NCBI GenBank assembly: GCA_963674965.2
Contig: CAXXFL010000007.1
Coordinates: 544,001 to 608,000 of the forward strand
DNA from: a bacterium
Lineage (GTDB): Bacteria; RBG-13-61-14; DATKZS01
DNA length: 64,000 nt
Reading direction: 5' to 3'
Each line of letters starts with the position of its first letter. Position 1 is the first letter of the stretch. The position numbers and the translations under genes are program-made. Below are positions 56,287-64,000 of the stretch, piece by piece. The notes beneath the pieces were generated by a model. It did no database searches, was not told where the DNA came from, and saw nothing but the letters and a program-made list of their open reading frames with translations.

Positions 56287-58362
56287 ATGGAAGTTTCGGG
56301 CAAGAAACGCAAGGCCATAACGCGCTCGTATCCGGGCCGGTCGATAGACGAGATCGCCCGTGAGCAAGGCCTTTCGCCCCGGGTGGTCAAGAAGGTGCTG
56401 CGGGAGGCGGGCAAGCTGGAGCCGTTCCCCGCGGGAAAAATCGCGGCCGCCGTTTTCATGGCCGCCACTGTCGCCGCCCTGGCCGCGGCCGGTTATCATC
56501 TGGCCACGCGTCCTTATTATTCCCGGCTGGCCTCTCGAAAAGCGGACATGAACGCGCTGCTCGTCACCATCGACACCTGCCGGGCCGACCACCTCGGGGC
56601 CTACGGTTACAAAAAGGGAGCCACGCCCAACCTGGACCGTCTGGCCCAAGAGGGAGTCGTGTTCGAGAACGCCTTCGCCCTTCAGCCCATTACCCTGCCC
56701 TCGCACTCGACCATCATGACGGGCATGCACCCGGCGGCGCACGGCGTTTTGGACAACGGGCTTTTCAAGCTGCCGCCCGGGGCCAGGACCATCGCCGAGA
56801 TCGAGCGGGACAAGGGCCGCCAAACGGGGGCCGTGGTCGCCAGCTTCGTGCTCAATTCCCGCTTCGGCCTGGACCGGGGATTCGATACCTATGACGACGA
56901 CCTCGTGGAAAAAATCAACTCGTCCTCCTCGAGCTTCGACGAGATACTGGCCTCGGCCGTCAGCGACCGGGCCCTCGAGTGGATCGGCGGGCGTAAAAGC
57001 TCGCGCTGGTTCCTCTGGCTGCACTACTTCGATCCCCACGCTCCTTACAATCCTCCCGCCCGGCACGAGCGGCCGGGGATGAGTTCATACGACGGCGAGA
57101 TAGCCTTCGTGGACGCGGAGCTTGGCAGGGTCTTGTCCTTTCTCGAGGAGTCCGGTCTGCGGGACAACACGCTGGTGATGGTGGTGGGAGACCACGGCGA
57201 GGGCCTGGGCGAGCACGGCGAGGAAACTCACGGCTATTTTCTTTACGACTCGACCACGCGCGTGCCCATGATTCTTTCCATGCCCGGCTCGATCCCGGCG
57301 GGTCTTCGGATTAAGGAGCGGGTGACCTTGATGGACGCGGCCCCCACCATCGCGGACGCGACGGGAACGGGCGAGGGCGAGAGCTTCCAGGGAAGGTCGC
57401 TTCTTCCCCTTGTCTTCGGCCGGGAAGACGGGCCCGAGCGCGGCTCGATAATCTCGATGACCCATTTGCCCTGGTACCAGCACGGCTGGAGTCCCTCCTA
57501 CTCGATCAGGAAGGACGACGTGAAGTACATCATGAGTCCCCGTCCCGAGCTTTACGATCAGGGCAAGGACCCCGCCGAGACGAACGATCTGATTGAGGGG
57601 GAAAAGGGCCTGGCCGAGGCGATGAAGAGGGAGTTGAAAAAGGAACTTATCGAGCTGGGCGAAGAAAAGCTCGGGGACGGACGGCTGGCCCTGGACGAGG
57701 AGGCGCGGGAGAAGCTGGCGGCTTTGGGTTATATTTCCACCGCGGGAGTAAAAAGGGACGACGAGACGGAGGACGCTCCGGACGTAAAGGACATGATCAA
57801 GGTACTGTCCCTTATGAAGGACGCCTGGACCTATAAGTCCAAAGGAGACTTCGTCTCGGCGACTCGGGCCATGGAGCGCGTGGTGGCCATGGACCCCGGC
57901 AACCGCCGGGCCCTCCTCGAGATGGGACGGTGGAAGACCGACCTCAAGGATTACGGCGGCGCCGAGAAGGCCTTGCGCGACCTCATCGCGCTGGACCCGG
58001 AATACTCGGACGCCTACTACGAGCTTGGCCGGGCCCTGGCCAACGCGGGCGGGCTGGAGGAGGCCGAAAGCATAATAAAGGCCCAACTCGATCAGGACCC
58101 TCTTTTTGCCAAGTCCCAGAACCTGATGGGCTTCATCCTTTTTCAGCAAAAAAGATATGGCGAGTCGGTCCCCTATTTCGAGGAGGCGATAAGACTGTAT
58201 CCGACCTTTAACGAGGCCATGGCCAACCTGGCCGCGTCCCACGCCTCGATGGGAAATTACAAAGCGGCGCTGAAGTATTATGACATGGCGCTAAAGATCA
58301 GGCCCGACAGCGAAAGATATAAATCTCTTCGGGACATGGCGGCCAAAGACGCGGCCAGATAG
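56287..58362 (+). CDS. Sulfatase-like / alkaline-phosphatase-superfamily enzyme with an N-terminal HTH-like segment, a TM helix and TPRs
   Basis: TIDTCRADH, TLPSH, HYFDPH, GDHGE and LAALGY motifs; TPR tail. Confidence 0.9.
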   Translation: MEVSGKKRKAITRSYPGRSIDEIAREQGLSPRVVKKVLREAGKLEPFPAGKIAAAVFMAATVAALAAAGYHLATRPYYSRLASRKADMNALLVTIDTCRADHLGAYGYKKGATPNLDRLAQEGVVFENAFALQPITLPSHSTIMTGMHPAAHGVLDNGLFKLPPGARTIAEIERDKGRQTGAVVASFVLNSRFGLDRGFDTYDDDLVEKINSSSSSFDEILASAVSDRALEWIGGRKSSRWFLWLHYFDPHAPYNPPARHERPGMSSYDGEIAFVDAELGRVLSFLEESGLRDNTLVMVVGDHGEGLGEHGEETHGYFLYDSTTRVPMILSMPGSIPAGLRIKERVTLMDAAPTIADATGTGEGESFQGRSLLPLVFGREDGPERGSIISMTHLPWYQHGWSPSYSIRKDDVKYIMSPRPELYDQGKDPAETNDLIEGEKGLAEAMKRELKKELIELGEEKLGDGRLALDEEAREKLAALGYISTAGVKRDDETEDAPDVKDMIKVLSLMKDAWTYKSKGDFVSATRAMERVVAMDPGNRRALLEMGRWKTDLKDYGGAEKALRDLIALDPEYSDAYYELGRALANAGGLEEAESIIKAQLDQDPLFAKSQNLMGFILFQQKRYGESVPYFEEAIRLYPTFNEAMANLAASHASMGNYKAALKYYDMALKIRPDSERYKSLRDMAAKDAAR

Positions 58363-58402
58363 TTTTAATGGTCCGGCGGTAAAAATTTGCCGTTTTTACA
58401 TA

Positions 58403-58431
58403 TTGTCATCCCGGCCTTGCCATGGTATTAT
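58403..58431 (+). promoter_or_regulatory. sigma70 promoter with extended -10
   Basis: TTGTCA-17-TATTAT, with TGn preceding the -10. Confidence 0.6.
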
Positions 58432-58574
58432 TCATATTGTCTTTCCGTTGCAGTTTGACGATAAAAAGACAAGGCTCTTTAGCTATTTAGTCATTTCGAG
58501 GAGCATTTTGCGGTTTTGATAACGCTTGTGATCATTAAATTTTTCCGCTTACCCGCCGAAAGGGAAATAGAATC

Positions 58575-59600
58575 GTGAACCTGGAAAGCGACAAACCGGA
58601 ACCGAAAAAGAGCGTTGACGACAAATCGTCCGCTAAGAAAGTCTCCAAGCCCAAGGCGGACAAGCCCTCGGTGAAAAAGGAGAAGAAGCCGGTGGACCCG
58701 GCGGTGCTCGAGGCCAAGGCCATGGAGGCCCAGAACAAAATTCTATTGGACTCCGCGGTGAGAGTGGCCGACCGTATCGGCGCCCGTCTTCTTTTCGTCA
58801 TCATCGAGGAACCCGGCGCCTGCAAGGTCCCGGAGAAGGTCCTAAAAAGAAAGGGCCTGGTCATGGTGGTGGGCGAGAGGTTCATCGACGAGGACTTTAA
58901 AAAGCAGTATAAAAACATCCTGGCCCTTCCGCCCCTGGAATTGAGCCGGATGGGCAAGATCAAGATGGCGGTCATGCGCGGTCTTTCGGCGCGGCTGATC
59001 GAGCAGGGCGACAAGATCGTCTGTCTTACCGGCTCGCGCGGCCTTCCCACTCTCGATTCGGTCCTGGTGCTTGACATCGGCAGGGAGCATGAGCTTCTGA
59101 GCTCGGGTGAGGTGACCAACATCAGCACCCAGGTCCGGGCGGACGTCTTCGAGGAGCTGGTGTCGATCTCGGCGGAGTTGGCCACCGAGGGCCGGGAGGG
59201 CAAGAGCATCGGCACCATCTTCGTTCTCGGCGACACGGACAAGGTCATGCAACTCAGCCGGCAGTTGATATTCAATCCTTTCCACGGCTACCCCGAGGAG
59301 GAGAGGAACATCCTCGATCCGAGACTCCGGGAGACGATCAAGGAGTTCTCCCATTTGGACGGGGCGTTTATCATCCGCGACGACGGGGTCATCGTCTCGG
59401 CCGGCCGCCATCTCAGCGCGGCCCTCGAGGAGGAGTCCCTGCCTCAGGGCCTGGGCGCTCGGCACGTGGCCTCGGCTGGAATTACGGCCGTCACCTCGGC
59501 CACGGCCATAGTCATCTCGGAAAGCACGGGCACGGTCAGGATATTTCGGAACGGCAAGATATTCATGGAGATCGAAAAAGCCGCTCCCTCCAGGAAATAG
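58575..59600 (+). CDS. Diadenylate cyclase, DacZ-like (DisA_N domain)
   Basis: EGREGKSIGT, LDGAF, GLGARH and ISESTG motifs; N-terminal alpha/beta domain. Confidence 0.9.
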   Translation: MNLESDKPEPKKSVDDKSSAKKVSKPKADKPSVKKEKKPVDPAVLEAKAMEAQNKILLDSAVRVADRIGARLLFVIIEEPGACKVPEKVLKRKGLVMVVGERFIDEDFKKQYKNILALPPLELSRMGKIKMAVMRGLSARLIEQGDKIVCLTGSRGLPTLDSVLVLDIGREHELLSSGEVTNISTQVRADVFEELVSISAELATEGREGKSIGTIFVLGDTDKVMQLSRQLIFNPFHGYPEEERNILDPRLRETIKEFSHLDGAFIIRDDGVIVSAGRHLSAALEEESLPQGLGARHVASAGITAVTSATAIVISESTGTVRIFRNGKIFMEIEKAAPSRK

Positions 59601-59642
59601 CCCGCCGGGCGGCGAGGCTCGCCCGAGGACGGAGGTCCAAAA

Positions 59643-60188
59643 ATGCAGACTCCAATCGAGCCTTCATCCGCCGGCGTCAAGACGAGGCTGATCGCGGGCC
59701 TGGCCATCATGGCCCTTACCGGCGTCTACGTCGCGATCACCTATTCCTCGCTTCCCCAAACCATGCCCATTCATTTCAACGCCGCGGGAAACCCCGACGG
59801 GTGGGCGGGCAGGCAATACGCCGCTTTTTTCGGGCTGGGATGCCAGCTTTTCATGCTGGCGGTTTTCGGCGGGGTTTACTGGGCCATGTCCGATCCCGCG
59901 AGGATGGGCGGGAAATACTCGTCCTTTCGCGATTTCACTCCCGAGCAGATTCTGGCTTTCAGGCCCAAGCTTATGATCTTCATCGACGGATTATATTATC
60001 CTCTAATGATTATGTTCGCTTACCTCCAGTACGTCACCAATGAGGTCGGCTTAATGCATCGCGAGACCATCGGCATAGGGGTATGGTTCTTCCTGGGCTT
60101 CATCATTATCTGGTCGATTATTCTATCCGTAGTGGTAATCATCGAGTCCCAGAAGGTTAAAAACGCGAACAAGAACGAGTCGGAATAG
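59643..60188 (+). CDS. DUF1648-type membrane protein
   Basis: LPQTMPIHFNAAGNPDGW motif; four TMs. Confidence 0.85.
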   Translation: MQTPIEPSSAGVKTRLIAGLAIMALTGVYVAITYSSLPQTMPIHFNAAGNPDGWAGRQYAAFFGLGCQLFMLAVFGGVYWAMSDPARMGGKYSSFRDFTPEQILAFRPKLMIFIDGLYYPLMIMFAYLQYVTNEVGLMHRETIGIGVWFFLGFIIIWSIILSVVVIIESQKVKNANKNESE

Positions 60189-60195
60189 GTACTCC

Positions 60196-62421
60196 CTATT
60201 CGGCCTTCATCGACTCGAGCGCCCTGCCGGCCAGGGGAAAAAGGGCGCGGGCGGCCGCGGGGTCCGAGCGAAGGGCAAAGAAGTAATCGGCGGGCCGCTC
60301 GGAGCAACCCGGCTCGAGCGTTTCAGCCCCCGCCTTTTCCACCTTATAAACCACCGAGAAGTCGTCGGCGTATACCTTTTTGAAGGCGGCGGGAGCTTCG
60401 TCTGCCCATGCTTTCTCCACGGGGTATCCGCTCGAGTCATGTTCGGAGTTGACAAGGACGTTGCGGGGCAGCTTCATCACCACCAGGTAATCGAACTCCT
60501 CTTTTTGGAGCGCCATGGCCCAATCCTGCGGACAGTGGACAAGGCGGGAGACGATGGGCTCCGGCGTCAAGAATGAACCCTTCCCAAGCTCGAGCCTCGC
60601 GGATATCTCATGGTCCAGCGGATTTATCTCGCCCGAGGTTGAAACGTAGGCGACTTCATTGTTAAGGCCCGGACCGCGCAAAGGATAAGGAACGTTGGCG
60701 CCGGCATAGGCGACCTTCAGGCCGCCGCCCATTGATGAGATATATGACCAGGCCCCGCCGTACTCCCAACTCTTTAAAGTTTTTTCGCGGGCGTCCTCGT
60801 AGGAAAGAAGCGCGATGGGCAGACAACATACAACCAGGAGGGAATAGGAAACCACGAAATATTTTGCCGCGCTCTTTTGCCGGGACCGATCATGGGCCAT
60901 TATCGGCCCGGCTATCGCGTAATAAAAAATGAAAAAGACGACTGGAGCTCCGCCCATAATCCAAAGCGAAATAAAAAGGTCGCCGGCGCCCCCCCCCGGC
61001 CGGATAAAAAACCACGCCGCGATCGATCCGGTGACGATAAAATTCTTCAAGGCCCCGCGCCCGGCCAGCCGAGCGGCCGCGGCCGCCATCGGCGGTATTG
61101 CCGCCAGCCAGAACCTGTCCACCTGGAAGGGAAGAACGTTCCAGATAAGTCGGTCGACGAGGAGGGGCAGGCTCGCCGCGTAAAGGACGGCCGCTGAAAA
61201 AAGAGAGAACTTCTTGCGGGCGTCATGGACCATCATCGCCAATGCGGCGATCCAGAAAATCACCAGGAGGGGGGAGGCGTTGTTCGAGACGGCCTCGGCC
61301 CATTTGGCCAGGCCCGCCTGGTGATATACCCAGGCCTTCATTTGGTCGCGTCCGTAAAGACCGGGGAAGATATCGGCCCCGAAAAAGGAGACGCCGATAG
61401 GGAAGACGGGGTTTCCGGCAAGGGCCCAGTTCCGTATGTACCAGATACCTCCGCCCGCCGCTCCGGCCAGGGCCCCGGCCGCCCATCCCATCCAGCCCCG
61501 GCCGGGCAATGACTTCACCATGGCCATGGCCGCCAGAGGCAAAAGGAGGAGCAGAAGCCCCAGGGCCGTATACTTGCATCCGCCCATCAAGCCGGCCGCG
61601 AGCAGGGCGAAAAAGGCGTCCTTGCCCGACCCCCTCGCGATGGCACGCAAAAAGAAAAAAATGGAGGCGGCAAAAAAGGCGGCAATGGACAAATCGCTCA
61701 GGGCCGTCCTCCCCTCGAACAGGAACAACGGGCAAAGGATGGCGAGGAGGGGCGCCATGGTAGGGTTCGATTTTTCGGCGCCCATATCTTCGGCTATCCC
61801 CGCCGCGGCGGCCAGGGCCAGGAGCAGGAAGGGCCATTGCCCCGACTGGGCGAGAAAGTCCGATCCGAAAGGGGCGAGAAGCCAGACGAAAAAGGTGGAA
61901 GTAAATTGGGGGCCATAGGCGTGAGAGGGGTCTCCGAAGGGAGTGGGAATGATGGAAATCTTGCCGGCCCGATAATACTCGGCCGCGAAATGGAGCTGGT
62001 AGGTCAAAGAGTCGTGCTGATAGCGCGGGCTAAACAGTCCCTCCCAGAGGAGCGCGAGAGTAAGGAGAAAGACCGCCAGGGCCGCCGCGTAATAAAGGGA
62101 GTTTTCTTTTTGGCGCTCTTGAGCCCGCGCCGAATCTTTCGGGAATTCATTTTTATTCGGCTTTAAAAATAACGCTGCCAGGCCGAAGGCCCAGGACCAG
62201 GCAAGGAGCCAGGAAAGAGACCCCAGGGGAACGAGGCCGCCGACCCAAACGGCCGACCCGGCGAGAAAGAAATACACGACCATGGCCCCAACCGCCCCGG
62301 AGACCTTGTCGTCAACGGTTATTTTGCAAGACAGGCGCCACGAGAAAAAACACAAGGGCCCGTGAAGAGCGAGCAAAAGGGCCGTCCCCAAAAAGGCGTC
62401 TCCCGGCGATGGATTCGACAT
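60196..62421 (-). CDS. Large GT-C-like polytopic membrane protein
   Basis: DSLTYQL, KYT and WYIRNWALAGNPVFP motifs; many TMs; periplasmic C-terminal domain. Confidence 0.78.
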   Translation of the reverse strand: MSNPSPGDAFLGTALLLALHGPLCFFSWRLSCKITVDDKVSGAVGAMVVYFFLAGSAVWVGGLVPLGSLSWLLAWSWAFGLAALFLKPNKNEFPKDSARAQERQKENSLYYAAALAVFLLTLALLWEGLFSPRYQHDSLTYQLHFAAEYYRAGKISIIPTPFGDPSHAYGPQFTSTFFVWLLAPFGSDFLAQSGQWPFLLLALAAAAGIAEDMGAEKSNPTMAPLLAILCPLFLFEGRTALSDLSIAAFFAASIFFFLRAIARGSGKDAFFALLAAGLMGGCKYTALGLLLLLLPLAAMAMVKSLPGRGWMGWAAGALAGAAGGGIWYIRNWALAGNPVFPIGVSFFGADIFPGLYGRDQMKAWVYHQAGLAKWAEAVSNNASPLLVIFWIAALAMMVHDARKKFSLFSAAVLYAASLPLLVDRLIWNVLPFQVDRFWLAAIPPMAAAAARLAGRGALKNFIVTGSIAAWFFIRPGGGAGDLFISLWIMGGAPVVFFIFYYAIAGPIMAHDRSRQKSAAKYFVVSYSLLVVCCLPIALLSYEDAREKTLKSWEYGGAWSYISSMGGGLKVAYAGANVPYPLRGPGLNNEVAYVSTSGEINPLDHEISARLELGKGSFLTPEPIVSRLVHCPQDWAMALQKEEFDYLVVMKLPRNVLVNSEHDSSGYPVEKAWADEAPAAFKKVYADDFSVVYKVEKAGAETLEPGCSERPADYFFALRSDPAAARALFPLAGRALESMKAE

Positions 62422-62480
62422 GGTGGAATTATAAAAACTATTGGAGCGCCCTACAAGAAGGCGGCGCCTGGGCGTTCAAA

Positions 62481-63998
62481 TTATTGCCCGCCCGTTCTGG
62501 CCTCGGGGTATGAATAGTAATAGGCCATGTAGAAACCGAGGATACGCTTGACGTATTCCCTGGTTTCCTTGATGGGTATTTCCTCGACGAAGGCCGGCGC
62601 GTCCAGGCCCAGTTCGTCGGCCCTCTCGGCCCAGCGCTTCATCCTTTGGGGCCCGGCGTTGTACGACCCCAGCGCCCTGGTAATGGTTTTGAGCCTCGCG
62701 TCCGCCGTCGTGGCCTCGTTCACGCCGAACTGTTCGAGCCGGTTAGCCAGGTAATAGCACCCGTAGCGGATATTGGTTTCCGGGTCGTTAAGCTTGCTCG
62801 AGGAGTATCCCTTTTCCCCGAGTCCCTTGGCGATCTGCTTGCCCGTGTCGGGCATGATCTGCATAAGGCCGATGGCGCCGGCCGAGGACTTGATGGTGGG
62901 ACGGTAGGTGCTTTCGGCCCTCATCAGCGACCATACCAGGAAGGGGTCCAGTCCGCGTTCCTTGGCGTACTTGGCCGTCAGCTCCGGATAAGCCTTGGGA
63001 TAGGCGGCGCGCCAGGCGTCGGCCTCCCCGGGAGGCGGAGTATTTAAACGAGAGCCGAAATTGCGCTGAGCCACCCGCTGGGACATGTAATAGTCGCCTA
63101 GCTCGTAATGCATGCGGGAAATCTTCCAGGCCAGCCACTCGGGCATTCGTCCCTGCCTCTCGAGGGCCTTTAGCTGCCCCTCGCTCTCGTCGGAGATGCC
63201 CAGCAGGGAAAGCTCGTGAGCTATCCGGTACTCGAGGGGAGGATTGGGCTGCTCGGGCGGGATGACCGATTTGGTGGCCGGGTGAGGCCACTTGGCCCCG
63301 ACCTGGGTGGAAACGTAATAGGCGTAAGGGGTCTTCCAGTATTTGCTTAGGATGTTGGCCTCGAGGGGAACGGCCTGGTCGGGCTGGCCCAGCTTCCGGT
63401 GCAAAACGGCCTTCCAATATTGGCTCCTGGCGTTGAATTCCTTGTCCTTGGAGGAGCGCGGGACCTTGCTGATGTAGGCCATGGACTTGGCGTATTCCTT
63501 TTTCAGGTACTTGATCCAGGCGATCTGGAAAAGGGACTCCGAGCGCAGGGTGCTGTGAGGATAATCGCTCGCCAGCTTCCGGTACCTGGACTCGGCCCCC
63601 TCCCAGTCGTTGTTGATCTTCTTGAGCCTGGCCCCGTAGAAAAGTCCGCGCGTGGCGTACTCGGAGCTCGGATGCCTGGTCCAGATCGCGTCGTACACGG
63701 CCACTGCCTCGTCGTGCTTGCCCGATCGCCGATAGGCGCTGGCGATAAGGTACATGATCTCGACGTCCTCGGCCGAGGTGAGGGCCTGGGCCTTGGTGAG
63801 TATTTCGATCGACTTGGTAAACTCGCGCTTGGCCTGATGGGCCTTGGCCTGGAGCTTGTAAAGGTCAGCCACCCGCTTGGGAGGCGAGCCCTTTTCCGCC
63901 TTTTCCACTATGGGAGCAAGCTCGGACAGGGCCCTGGTGGCGTAGGACTTATCTATCAGGTTTTCGATCCTCTTTATCCGGTCGCCCTCCGAGAAGGG
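62481..63998 (-). CDS. slt: Soluble lytic transglycosylase (Slt70-like) with TPRs, 5'-truncated by the window edge
   Basis: MRAES, GAIGLMQIMP, SYNAG and ETREYV motifs; frame open to the window end. Confidence 0.92.
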   Translation of the reverse strand, partial: PFSEGDRIKRIENLIDKSYATRALSELAPIVEKAEKGSPPKRVADLYKLQAKAHQAKREFTKSIEILTKAQALTSAEDVEIMYLIASAYRRSGKHDEAVAVYDAIWTRHPSSEYATRGLFYGARLKKINNDWEGAESRYRKLASDYPHSTLRSESLFQIAWIKYLKKEYAKSMAYISKVPRSSKDKEFNARSQYWKAVLHRKLGQPDQAVPLEANILSKYWKTPYAYYVSTQVGAKWPHPATKSVIPPEQPNPPLEYRIAHELSLLGISDESEGQLKALERQGRMPEWLAWKISRMHYELGDYYMSQRVAQRNFGSRLNTPPPGEADAWRAAYPKAYPELTAKYAKERGLDPFLVWSLMRAESTYRPTIKSSAGAIGLMQIMPDTGKQIAKGLGEKGYSSSKLNDPETNIRYGCYYLANRLEQFGVNEATTADARLKTITRALGSYNAGPQRMKRWAERADELGLDAPAFVEEIPIKETREYVKRILGFYMAYYYSYPEARTGGQ

Positions 63999-64000
63999 AG

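Overview
GC-rich bacterial chromosomal segment from a diderm, probably anaerobic organism. A deltaproteobacterium-like host is inferred from the tungsten AOR, sigma54 promoters, PilZ proteins and a DacZ-type cyclase. It holds about 54 CDSs; no rRNA, tRNA or CRISPR array was seen. Left to right: the 3' part of a low-GC large helical protein; an exopolysaccharide/LPS block (2x GT4, WcaJ, O-antigen ligase); a five-gene PilZ / REC-GspE_N / REC-REC / HK / hybrid-HK signalling operon with a sigma54 + IHF + enhancer promoter; an Fe(III)-type ABC permease and ATPase; a complete ISNCY-type IS; a Pro-rich zinc-ribbon membrane protein; an Mla/MCE operon with duplicated MlaE and MlaF; a prophage-free CI/Cro-like switch driving a Cys4 + sigma70-region-4 protein; split UxaA; PBP1A; a 186-bp MITE enclosing a REP doublet next to a decayed hicBA; BioD; AOR; a sigma54-driven beta-propeller surface protein; a GT-C/TPR glycosylation cluster; a diadenylate cyclase; and a partial Slt. 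The best candidates for new biology are the orphan damage-inducible switch (33151-34962), the sigma54 signalling operon, a strong CTCGAG over-representation absent from the IS, the MITE/REPIN composite and the GT-C protein-glycosylation locus. All calls come from reading motifs by eye; no database searches were run.
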